Source: Chrysomallon squamiferum (taxonomy: Eukaryota; Animalia; Mollusca). From it: DNA of 64,000 nucleotides. The stretch is taken from NCBI GenBank assembly GCA_012295275.1, contig CM022666.1:8494001-8558000 (forward strand), in the 5' to 3' direction. The notes under the pieces were generated by a model that was not told the origin of the DNA, ran no database searches, and worked only from the letters and a program-made list of their open reading frames with translations. Each line of letters opens with the position of its first letter. Positions within the stretch are counted from its first letter, which is position 1. Below, one piece after another: positions 27,233 through 40,282 of the stretch. Position numbers and translations under genes: made by a program.

Positions 27233-27480
27233 TTATCTTGTTTCATAAGATTCAACGTGTTCGTCTTATAAATAACGTTATTCAGGGTCTAATATAATGA
27301 CTCCATTTAATCAAAGACTGATCTAATAGCTGAACATGGCTCGAAAATATATTCACGATCCAATAAAACATGGACCCCGATTACGAAAATGAAAGTCTCT
27401 CTCTACATAACGGAAGTGGCGAAGTAGAAACTACAACTAAAACCGATGATTCGGAACTGCGAATTCGGACATGACGACGG
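27233..27480 (-). promoter_or_regulatory. IRF gene first non-coding exon/promoter with IRF-E and ETS sites
   Basis: Putative 91-nt 5'UTR intron 27142-27232; CpG-enriched; GAAAATGAAAGT at 27385-27396 and CGGAAGT at 27411-27417. Confidence 0.55.
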
Positions 27481-28195
27481 TTTTGGTATTTTGCATATTA
27501 TAAACTAATTAATATTTTAAAATGTTCTATCTTGAAAAAAAGATAGTAAAACCTCGGAAAATATGTTTATTAGAATAATTTTAGTAGCTTCCAGGTAGAT
27601 CTGAAAATGTCATCATTAAACAATAATGTTTCAGAAATATTATACAATTGATCGAACTCGATATTTTAAGCTAGAAAATCTTTCGAATGTTATGTAATGA
27701 ACTTCATTTTCAAGTGTGATTTCTCGAGTTAGCTACATTTTGTTGAGGATATTAGTCACTCACTGATTCAATGCCGCTTAAAGTAAGATACAGAGCAACA
27801 TCATCAACAACAACAATAAATAAATAAATAAAAATAATATTTATATATAAAAAATATAACATTAGTTTCTAAAACTGAATTATAATTTAATGAAAACGAC
27901 GAATATTGAAAAAAATTAGTCTATAGTTTTCGTCTTCATCTTCTTATTTATTTATTTATTTATTTATTTACTCGTTTCATATATTATTGTTGTTGTTGTT
28001 AGGAGAAGTGTAAGTACCGGTATTACACTGTGAAATAAACAGAAGTTAATACTCAAGTCCCTGTCATGATCCGATAAATATATTTTACGTTTACTTACTC
28101 TTTTTATTATCTATATTAAAATAAGGCGTATATTAGGGAATTTCTCTAGTTTAATATTTTGGAAGTTTTACATTATTATTATTATTATTATTATT

Positions 28196-28235
<40 letters not shown>

Positions 28236-29270
28236 TTTTAAATAATTCAGTTTACAATTAAAATATTCTACTTTTTAAGTGACATCTATCTTTTGTAGTT
28301 TTCGATCCGTCTCTGGGAGATATCTCCGATATCATCTACGTCATAAATAAAAAATAAAAAAATAAAAATAAAACTAGTCCGTAGTCTGTAAACATGCTTA
28401 CTGTTTTATTAACGTCATACACGTTATTATTAAGAAATATTAATGCCTATTTCGATTCGAATAACCATTTAAAATATATAGACTATTTCACCAAAGTTAT
28501 ATGACAGAGAAAAAAAAACTTCAAAATATTCGTGAAAGGTTTACTCAATGTTTAAATCCTGCTTGTTCGTACCATCTCAGAAACACTGTAAATATAAGAT
28601 TAAAATAAAATAAACACTTAAATTTGACTGATATAAAATTATGACTCAATGAAGTTATAAAGACGTAACGTAAGTGAAATGATTTACATAGCAGATAGCG
28701 TGTGTTTGTACCCCGAAGTTTTTGTTTTAACTTATCTTCGAATGGACAGAGTAAGTTAGTTCGTAATTTAATTTCGTTCTCTATATTTTACAAAACATCG
28801 TAATATTATATAGAGCTCACAATTCTTCAACATATAGTTTATATTCAAGTACAGCTGAATAATATATTTACTACGTGTGCTTTACCTTTTCATTTGAATT
28901 TGAAAACTTTCTCTATAAAATATTCTAGTCTTAATATAAATAAAAGATTTATTTTCTTCCTTTATTTAATAATAATAATAAAAATGTTATCATTTATGTA
29001 ATCAAAAACAGTTGTAACACAAAATGTAAATTTGTTTTACGATGATCAGCACCTACGACAAGTCTGTTAAATATTGCATTTTGCTTAATGTGGATATAAT
29101 TTAATAGATCAGTGATAGAATGGCTGCGGGTTTCCACAAAATCCCATCAATATTAATAGTGTTTATGTGTCATTTAAATAATCATCATTCTTTTATTGAT
29201 TATTATAATATAAAATCTGAATGATTAATTTTAAAACATTACAAACGAACTGATTATTAATAATCAAGAC

Positions 29271-29788
29271 CAGTGCTGCCCAACGTCCGGCCCGCGGGCC
29301 GCATCCGGCCCACGAAGCCTTAGAATCCGGCCCGCTAGTCTGTCTTCAATTTATTCCTTAATTATTCAATAAAATTGTTTTATTATTGAAATACAAAGCC
29401 ATTTATTTGAACAAATGTTTTTTTTGAAATTTTGCTCAATTGTTAAATTTGTTTTATAGAATGTAAGGTTCTAAATCAAAATTTTTAATGGTCATATCGT
29501 ATTCATGTAATATCTGGAGACTATAATTTTTTGATAGCAGTGAATAAGTAATAGAAATAGCATCATATGTAGGACCCCTGTGTTTAAATTGAGTTATGAA
29601 TTATAATTGTATAATGGATAATTTCTATAAATAGAATAATAGAATCAATGTTTTCAGTTCTGAATACTTTTTCAAACCATTTGAAATAGTTGTATTACAA
29701 AATGAAAGGCTAGAAATGTGAGTCCGGCCCACTGGCATCGTTTTTTTTAAAAATCCGGCCCATGTTCGGAAAAGGTTGGGCAGCACTG
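29271..29788. mobile_element. Non-autonomous hAT-family MITE (518 bp)
   Basis: Perfect 14-bp TIRs cagtgctgcccaac/gttgggcagcactg; perfect 8-bp TSD atcaagac (29263-29270, 29789-29796); subterminal ccggccc repeats. Confidence 0.95.
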
Positions 29789-29849
29789 ATCAAGACTATA
29801 GGTGGCATCCTCAAACACCAGACACGTTCTCAAATAATACACATCTGAG

Positions 29850-30060
29850 AGAGACTTCCTGTATGAGTCATTTCAAAACAAATGTGAACTTTTCGGAAAG
29901 AGGGCATGCAGTATTTTATTGTACCTGTACGTAACTGATACCGTTTATTTTGAGTTTACTGGGTTCATTATACTTCATATAACCAAATAATATACCTAAC
30001 GGAAAATTATATGTTGTAAAAAGTGTAAGCAGAAATCGGAAGTTGAAACTTTTTTCCACT
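29850..30060 (+). promoter_or_regulatory. Candidate PNPLA4 promoter
   Basis: Adjacent ETS (acttcct) and AP-1 (tgagtca) sites at ~29854-29870; cggaagttgaaact at ~30037-30050. Confidence 0.3.
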
Positions 30061-30483
30061 TGACGACTTCAAACGGACTGGTCTTTTTTTTTTTTTTTTT
30101 TTTTTTAGTTTAAAACTTTCATCAGTTTAATTTTTTTTAAATTTTTTTTTTTTTATATATATTTTAAAGAAAGAAAAGAAGAAAAATAAATTAGGTATTG
30201 AAACAGAACACACATAATAATCATGTTAATGTTACTCATGCAATATTATAATTAACAATTATTATTACTGCTTCAAAGTTCAATATGATTTTAAATGCAA
30301 AATTCTAATCAAATTATTATTACGATTTAACAATCAATATCTGACACAGCCATGACCATGAAAGTTGAAAAACATTGTTAACCAATATCTGTCCTTGTTT
30401 TTACAGATTATTTTTTTAACACATTTAGTGATTTATTTATTTCAGTTTTGATTATCACATTATGAATTTTCTTAATATTCACG

Positions 30484-33181
30484 ATGGCAACAAGAAGTAG
30501 CAACAGAAATCATCATCGTCACCATCGTCGTTCTCATCAGTCATCACTTAACAGATCATCCAGTGTACTTCCAAAACCTACTCCACCAATGGTGCTTCCA
30601 AAACTGAATCTTTCATTGTGTGGCTGTGGCATTCTGGGTATTTATCACTTAGGAGTGGCATCATCCCTGATAAAACATGGTCGCAGATTGTTGGAAAATG
30701 TTGATAAAGTTGCAGGGGCTTCATCTGGCTCCTTGACAGCAACATTGTTGGTGGTGTCACAGAATAAAATTGAGGTAAAAATAAAATATAAAAGTTTCAA
30801 GTCTGTAAGACTGATAATTTGTTATAGTTAGTGTTAATCTATGCACTAAAAAAAGGAAAGAAAATAACAGAAGAAATAAATATATATATATTTGCACAAA
30901 ATTATTAAAATCTTTTTATAATAATATAATGATAAAAAATATTCATTTATATGTATTAAATCAAAAAATTCCATAATATAATTCTGTTTGTGAAAATAAT
31001 AAAATAAGAGTTGATTTCTTTTTGAAATTTTATTTTATTATGCTTCTTTATTTCTGATTATCCTTGAAGCAAACCCACCTGTAATTTAATTATTTATTTA
31101 TGTTTTTGTTAATTCTTATTCCTAGATGTTTAGAAATAAAACAAAATGATAATAATAAAAAAAAGGTGAAACTATTCAATCTTTTGATAAAATATAAAAT
31201 AATTACAAAAACAAATTAATTGGGTTTTATTAATCAGTTTGTAATGAATATTAAAAAAATATATCTATATTAAATTACTTTATGAATCAAGAGTTCTAAT
31301 TTATAATAATTATACATCATTCATCATTTTCAGGATTCTGTCTCTTTTGCTTTTGAACTTGCCAAAGAAATAAGATCAAAACCCTTTGGACCTCTTACTC
31401 CTCGTTATAACATGTTGGAATCGGTGCATAAATTTCTTGACAGCATTTTACCTGAAAATGCACACGAGCTGGCAACAGGGAAGCTCTGTATTTCACTGAC
31501 AAATGTGAATACAAAGAAGAATGAAATAATATCTGAGTTCGACTCCCGTGAAGAATTGTTACAGGTGAGAAAAAACTCACTAGAGATAAAATAATTATTA
31601 TTAATTAGAGAAACTATTGTAGGCTAGAGCAAATACCACAGTGCAGTTAAATTAATTATAAGTAAACATCACATAGGTAAGATGGAAACATTCACAGTTA
31701 CAAAATGAATACAGTTGAGCAGAATTATTGTAGTTAATTGAAAATAAATAATAATTGTTATTATTATTAAAAAATATAAATACATAAGTAACTTATTTTC
31801 ATAAATATTGATTGAGAAATAGAAACATATTGTATCTAATTATTTGATTGTTTGATAACATACAATCGAAGGAAAATTGCTTGTTTATATTTTAGAAATT
31901 TTAATTTATAAAAAATATTTAATAATACTAATTTTAAGTCTAAATTTATTTTTAAATCATGTGTTTAATATATAAAATGTGATATTATCTTCTTTCCAGG
32001 CTTTGCTTGCCAGCAGTTACATCCCATTTTATTCTGGAGCAAAACCACCAGTTATACGAGGACAGGTAACTGATGACGTCATTTTTATTATTGTTGTTAT
32101 TATTATTGCTATTATTTTGTTGTTGTTGTTGTTGTTATTATTATTATGATTATTGTTATCGTTATTTTTATTGTTATTATTTTGCTGTTGTAATTATTAT
32201 TATTTTTAATTTTATTCAATTTAATCAGCAAACCCTATGTACAAACTACCATAACATTACAAATTATTTAAAGAAAAGAAGAAATGTTATATATATAGAT
32301 ATATAAAATGCATTAAGTGGTAACCTCGTCTGAAGATGTTGTGGTCATTTTAATTTCTAAAATTTGAATGGAGAAAAACATGTAAGCTGCCCTTTCCTTG
32401 TATGTGACGTAACTTAGTATTTTCTCTTGGACACTGTGAATGTCTCATTGCTGTTTATTAGTACTAGTTGCATGCTGCTACCTCTTCTGTAACTACTGCT
32501 GTAATTGTTTATTTATTAGTTCTTATTATTTGTTATGTTATGTTAAAATATATGACTATTAAGTCATCGTTATGATTATCTATTCACTAGTTTTTATTAT
32601 TAATTTATGTTGTTATTAGTTATTGATTTGACAGCATTATTTATTTATTTAATGTTATTACTAAATCTTGCCATTATTTGCTATTATTACATTATCATTA
32701 TTTATTTATTTGTCATTTGTGGTAAAGTTCACATATTAATAAAATGGTTTTCATTTTGCATAGTAGTGGACTAAATATTATGGATGTCCCTGTCATTGTT
32801 ATTATCTAATTGTTATTTATTAATGTGTTGTAATTTTAGAAATACATGGATGGTGGATTCTCCAACAATCTCCCAGAACTGACGGGAAATCGGACAATCC
32901 TTATTTCACCATTTTGCGGAGGACAGGATATCTCCCCCGTTGACAAAATTGGTAAAGGTCGATTTCTTCGATTTGGCAACCAGGACTTTCAGTTGAACAA
33001 AAACAACAGCATACGCGCCTCTCACGCCTTCTTTCCCCCCTCACACAGCACGCTGCAGAAATATTTTGAATATGGACAACGAGATACTGGAAAATTTCTC
33101 CGTAAAGAGGGTTGGTTTGAAGTTGAACCTGTGAAACCTTACAAGAAACATTTAGTCAAGCAGTATGAATCAACTGTGTAA
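30484..33181 (+). CDS. PNPLA4: Patatin-like phospholipase domain protein 4 (GS2-like), 309 aa
   Basis: Exons 30484-30774, 31334-31564, 32000-32065, 32840-33181 (all phase 0, 930 nt). Motifs GCGILGIYHLG, catalytic GASSG, ASSYIP, DGGFSNNLP, ISPFCG, FPPS and FLRKEGWFE. The ending and short length match PNPLA4 rather than PNPLA2. Confidence 0.9.
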
Positions 33182-35369
33182 GAAAAGAAAGAAGAGACGT
33201 AAATTCTTTACTGCAAAAGAAAAAACAACTAAAATTGTGGAAGATATTTTGGGGTTTTGTTTGAACTGGCAAACATTAAAAAGAAACAGTTTTTCTGGCA
33301 AATATAAAGCATACACTATAATTTGTTTATAAACCACAAGGAATGATAGGAAAGAAAACATTTGTCTTGTTTCTTCATCTAGACATTGACTGTGTGAATG
33401 TGTCTTTATTTTGTTTCTCACATATGTGTTGCCTTTTTATGGGGATGAAAGTTGTTTCTTTTCCTAGTGTTGTTAATTTTTGTTGTTGTTTTGGTGATGT
33501 GTGTATTTATTTGTTCATGGTATAATCATTGGTTTTTTACATCATTTTAATTATTTTTTGTTTGTCTGATTAACAGACATCCTTCATACTAAGTTTCATT
33601 ATCAGTCATTTTTAAAAAAAAAGCATTTGTACATTTATTTATGAATGATCATACTCAGTGCTATAACCAATTTTTTTTTTCTACATCTGTAGCAACAATA
33701 GAAAACAGAAAAATCCTTTATGTAATTTGGAGAATCATAACTATTATTATTATTTTTAAGTGTCTGTTTTTGGGATGTTTTTTTTTCATTTTCATTTTTT
33801 TTCTTTTTGTTCATCATCAACTGGATATGTAAAACCTGTGATGTACAGACATATCTGGTAACTGTCAGTAGTTTTGTTATAAAGTTCATCATTGTGAATC
33901 TCGGTTTGTTTTAAATATGTTAGATCACACTGAATTCAAATATATTCATAGGATCGTATTAATTTTAATACCAAAAATTTATTTAACAAAGAATCAATTG
34001 CAGTATATTATTATTATTATTGTTATTATTATTATTATTATTATTTTTATTATTGTTTCTGTTAGTATTATTATTGTTACTGTTACTATTATTATTGTTT
34101 TTATTATTACTGTTATTGTTATTATTTATTTATTTATTTCTTTTGCTGTTATATTTTCAAAATGCTGTTAACCAAGAGAAAAAAAAAAAGCAAACAAATA
34201 TTTTTGATGTTTTAAGACTGTGTCTTATATGCTACTGACTTTAAATTCAGAAAGAGCCTTTAATTTTGACTTACAAAATATTGTTATCTTGTCTTTAAAA
34301 GTAAGAACAATTATAATAATGATGTGCCTTTAATTCTGATTACATAACATTTCAGATACTTAATATAAAGAATGTTTAATACAGTGTATTTAATCTGGAT
34401 GTTATGGTTCATGGAATATCCTTTTGTACTTTTATATTTTGTATTATTATTATTATTTATGTTATGGTTTTGTTCCAGACATATTTTTGGAGATTCATTT
34501 TTAAACTGGTAGTTATCAAAATGTTATCAAAATGTCCAATTAAAAATATTTCTGATAGCAATTTTTAATTTTTAATTTTTGAAAAATTGTTTCTAACAAA
34601 AGATTATAATTTTTTATTTTTTGCTTCATAACCAAAGATGTACAGATACTCTTATAATAATTATTACTAGTAGTAGATGTAGTGGTATTATTATTATTAT
34701 TATTAATATTATTATTGAAAAATACAATGTAATACTTATATAAAAATTTCATATTTTAAAATTTTAACCAAAACAACAGGCTGGACTGAGTAAAAATAAA
34801 ATCTGTACAATATTACAAAAAAAGTTTTTCACAATGTGTATGTTTGTCTGTCCGTCTGTATATGCCTGCATGTTTGTCCATTAAAATTCCACACTTTTCT
34901 AAACATAATTTTGCTCACATTTTATTCATATTCACTAACATAATTTTGTTGAAACAAAAAAGAAAACACAGCTAAGTTTTTGTTTATTTTTGTTTCACTT
35001 TCACTTAAATTTTAAATTGTTGTTAAATATTTACTGCAAAGAATCCTTTAAGATTTCTTCTATTTGAGTTGAAGAAATTTTGATTGAGGGATATCTTTTT
35101 ATTTAGATTATAGTTGACATACTTTGTGTGTGTGTTGTAATGAAACTAGTATCATTTTAAAACAACTTAAAAGTGAATGTCTGTGTATATGTGTATATAT
35201 ATATGCACACTGATATATAAATAATATCAGTGGTTTCTTTAAGATATCTGGCCTTGTAATGTCAGTGTTTGAACTAGAACCAAAACAAGAAGTATATGTG
35301 CTAGTCACAATTTTTTCAAAGAAAAAAAACTACATAAATATCTATTCTAACAACTTGGACAAATAATTT

Positions 35370-36120
35370 CATAAACATGAAATGTTTATTTTACCAACTA
35401 AGGTATGTAGTTCATGAAATGTTTTATTTTAACTGTGAACTTTTTCATGATATATTTTGTTTTAATTCAGAACTTGTTCATGAAATGTTTCATTTAAAGT
35501 GAACTTGTTCATGAAATGTTTTATTTTAACAACTTGTTCATGAAATATTTTATTTTAACTGAACTTGTTCATGAAATGTTTAATTTTAACTGTGAACTGA
35601 CATCAAATATCTTGGTTTGTTGAATTATTTTTCTATGTGGTTTTGTTTTGAAATATTTATATTTTAATCATTGAGTTTGTGCATTGTTCAATATTGTTCT
35701 GAAATATTAATGTTTTAACCAACTGGATAAGTTCATGAAATGTTTAATGTTTTGACCATCTTGGTTTGTTAATTAAATGTTTGCTTTACGGATTTGAACT
35801 TGTAATAAAATGTTAATATTTTAATCAGGTGACATTACTCAAGAAATGTTAAAGTATTAACAACATAAACTTATTTGTGAAATATTAACTGTTTGAACTT
35901 ATTTTAAACGTTAACATTTTAATTGTTTGAAGTTATTTGTGAAATGTTCATGTTCAAACTGTTTGAGTTGTTTGTGAAATGTTAATGTTTTAAAAATTAA
36001 TGTTTTAACTGAGTTTGAAATGTTAATGTTTTAACTGTTTGAGTTTATTTGTGAAATGTTAATATTGGAAACCTGCTATTTGTGAAATTTTAGTTTTTTA
36101 ATTACTTTTGACATGAAATG
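35370..36120. repeat. Degenerate ~30-bp minisatellite
   Basis: Repeated aacttgttcatgaaatgttttattttaactg, best conserved at 35400-35600, then decaying. Confidence 0.75.
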
Positions 36121-37429
36121 TTGAATGATTCAATTATTTTGGAAATATTTATAAACATATTTCATGACTGAAAATAGAAAATTGAAAAAAAAAAAAAATT
36201 ATATTAATTTTGTTTTATTATTGCTGCTGGTACCTTGATGTTCAGTGCAAAAATACCCAGAAAATTAAAAAAAAGATAAAAAGGAATATATATATATATA
36301 TATACACATATAATAATAAAAAAAAAAAAAAATAATGTTATTGTGTCTAAATATATTTGCTGTATTATGATAACTGTATATTCAAAGACAAGATTTTTAT
36401 TGTTTTATCATCATGAGCATTATAAGTATTATCATTAATACTTTATGTGGGCAGGGCAATCTTTTAATGCAGGATTATACATCTTTATTGTGTGTAGAAA
36501 AATATTCAGATCTGGTGTTAATGTGTATATGTGCTTGCTTGTGTTTGATTTTGTAAAGTTGGTAAAAAGGATACATTCCCCAAAATGATGTGATTATTAT
36601 ATTTAAATGTTTCCATACTTGGGGTTATTTTAACTTTATGGTTAGTGATTTTAAAAAAGAAAATTTTATTTTGTCCTTTTAATACTTTATTTGTATATTT
36701 AATTTTCTGTCTAACTGGTGTAAAGTTTGTTATTAAAATTCTAAAATTCAGTAACTAAAACCACATTTACGCTCAAAATATATTTTATTCTCATATACTG
36801 GGAAATATTTATTAATTTTATTTTTAAATGTTGTGATGAATTTAAAAAGTTATAACCACAAAGTTTTTACTTTTGTCCTTTTATGTATCACATAAAGATT
36901 ATTATTATTATTAATAATATTGTTAATGTATCAATTTCTGACTATTAATGCTTGTATTTCAAATTTATAAAATACTAGACTTTATTTTTTATTTTTTTGA
37001 CTCATAACATTGTGCACAAATTTATAATTGTATTTTGTATCTATAATGATGTATATTTTGTCGGGTTTTTCCTCCTTTAAATTTGAAATAATCTGATATA
37101 AAATTATTTTTAAGATTTAGAAACAAAAGAAAAGTTTGAACATATTATTATTATTATTATTTCAAAAAATCATTTATTATTTAGTGCTGAAGTTGTGCCT
37201 TATATATCATATCAGTAATATACAACATATCAATAATTAAATTTTAGATACAAGGTATATATATATATATAAACAGTTTTCTGAAAAAAGAAAAAACGCC
37301 AAAAACACACATTTACTTTAAAGAAATTTTAAAAACACATTGTAAATGTGAAAGCTGTATTATACATAAAATCTGTTAAATAAATATAAATCAAAATAAT
37401 TTTTTAATGAACTTTTTTTATAAATAACA

Positions 37430-37463
<34 letters not shown>

Positions 37464-40282
37464 TGGTTTTTGGGGATATTGTTGATATTTTTAATTCATT
37501 CCTTTTTTTTTTCTTTTTCCCAACATCAAATGTTATTGTTGTAAATATGCATGAGTACATTTTTTTATAAGCAATATTTTATAAATATTATCAAAATATT
37601 AAAAATTTTCAAATAAAAGAAGTTAAAATAAAATTTTGTTTGTTATGATAACAGTGTAGATTTTAATGATTAATATTATTACCAGTTATTTCAAAAAGGA
37701 CACTGGAAAATAAAAGATTAAGAATTGTTGTTTTAGAGGAAATTACAGCTGTTCATTTTTTTAACCATTTTTATTAATTATTTTGATTTTTAAAGATTGC
37801 TTAATGAAATAATTTGTGAAAACAAGTTTTAATGCAAGTTTTAATTAATTAAAGGCACCAATTCATTCTTAAATATTTTATTTTTTATTTAAATGTTTTA
37901 TTTATCTAAATTTTTTTATTTTTGTTTGGAAATGAAAGACAATAATGTTTTCTGCACCTAAGGTGAACAGTCATTTTCAAGTATGAGTTAATCTGTATTA
38001 GCCACTCTGAGGTGGGAAAATAACTCACATTCAAGTAAGAGTTATCCCATATTAGCTCACCTGAGATGGGGGTATCATCACTCACCAGGTGACTCAGTGT
38101 TGCTGCATTTTAGGTACAATTTAAAAATATTAATAAAATTTATACAAAAAGTTAAAATATGGTGAGGAATGATGGGGGAAAATAAATAAATATTAAAAAA
38201 TATAAAACAAATTTTGTTTATACTATAAGACACAACAAAATGTTCCAACACAAATATATATAACATTTTTTATTTATTATTATTTTTTTTTATATTTACT
38301 TTTTATCTTAATTAAGCTATGAAGTAATGAAAAAAACCGAAATAAATATAATTATTTCACAGTTAATACTGAATCAATTACATCATAATCGTTTCTTCAG
38401 AATAATATAATTATTGTATTTATATATTCATTTATTTATTTATTAACTTATTAACTTATTTATTTATTTATATATATATACACGTTCATTTTAAACTTAT
38501 TTATTTATTTACATACATACTTTCCTTTATTCAAATTTATTTATTTATTTATTTATAACATTTGGTTATAATGAAAGCATTTAGATATAACCATAAAATA
38601 AAAATTAAAAATTTGAGATAACAAATTTACTTGTATAATTTAATAATCATTTAATTTAGTTTGATACTTTCAGTTTCATGTTATATTTACTAATTAATAT
38701 TTATATTATCCCTGACATAAAAAATGAAGTGACAAAAAAAGAGTTTAAAATGATACAATTGTTGTGTCCTATAACATATGTAAAATTTTGAAGCATCAAT
38801 CAAAAAAAAAAAATAAATAAATAAATAAAAAGTAAATTTTTGATGCAGATTTTGATGGTTCACAAAAATAATGAAGATCGGAAAATTCTATGGTAAAATT
38901 TGCCAAGTTTGATTTCCTAGATACCAAGTTTGAAATAAACTCCAATCTGAGAACCTTACACTGACCTGAGGAGAGCTGATGTCATGTCATGTGACTTTTC
39001 AGTTACAACTAATCTTAACTCTTAAAACAAAAAACTAAATACTACTTATGAGTATGAATGTCATTACACATATCTATATTTCTATCTTTCATATTAGGTC
39101 TGAGTTGTTTCAATGTTTATATCCATGTTTCTAAAATAAACAAATATAACAAAAATAAACAAACACTTTATACAATAACACAAAAACAGAAACACAGACA
39201 CATAACACCATAATAGATAACTGAACATAAATACTGACATTTACATACAAACATATATTACAAACAAAGAAAAATACAGTCAAACACAAGTACAAACACA
39301 GTGAAATAAAAACAGAGGTAATAACATAAAATACACAGGAAAAACAAATACATAACATAAACATAAAACTAACATGCAGATACAATACACAAACATATAA
39401 ACATAAAAAAACATACAGACACAGTACACAAAGATATCAATATAAACAGTAATTACAGATATAATACAAATATATAAATACAAAAACAAACTTTCAGACA
39501 AAAGACAAAAACATATAAATATAAAATAAACATACAGACACAATAAACAAACATATAAATAAAAATAAACATACAGACACAATACACACAAACATCCAGA
39601 CACAATACACACACATACAAATATAAAACAACATACACATACAATACACAAATATATAAATATAAAACAAACATGGAGACACTGTACACAAACATATAAA
39701 TATAAAAATAAAATACAGACAAAATAAACAAACATAAACAAAACAAACATCGAAACAAATTACAGAAATATATAAATATAAAACAAACATACAGACACAA
39801 TAAACAAACAAATAAATATAAAACAAACATACACACAAAATACACAAACATATAAATATAAAACAAACATACACACAAAATACACAAACATATAAATATA
39901 AAACAAACATACAGACACAATACACTAACATAAATATAAATCAAAAATGCAGGCACAATACACAGATATATAAATATAAAATAAACATACAGACACAATA
40001 CACTACATATAAATATAAAACAAACATGCAGACACAATACACAGGCATATAAATATAAATCAAACATTCAGACCCAATACACAGACATATAAATTTAAAT
40101 CAAATATTCAGACCCAATACACAAACATATAAATATAAAACAAATATGCAGACACAATACACAAACATATAAATATAAAACAATAATACAGATACAATAC
40201 ACAAACATATAAATATAAAAGAAATAATCAGACCCAATACACAAACATATAAATATATAACAAATGCAGACACAATACACAA

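Noticed and set aside
30484-33181. ATGL/PNPLA2 assignment
   Set aside because: It lacks the long C-terminal lipid-droplet region, and its motifs follow PNPLA4.
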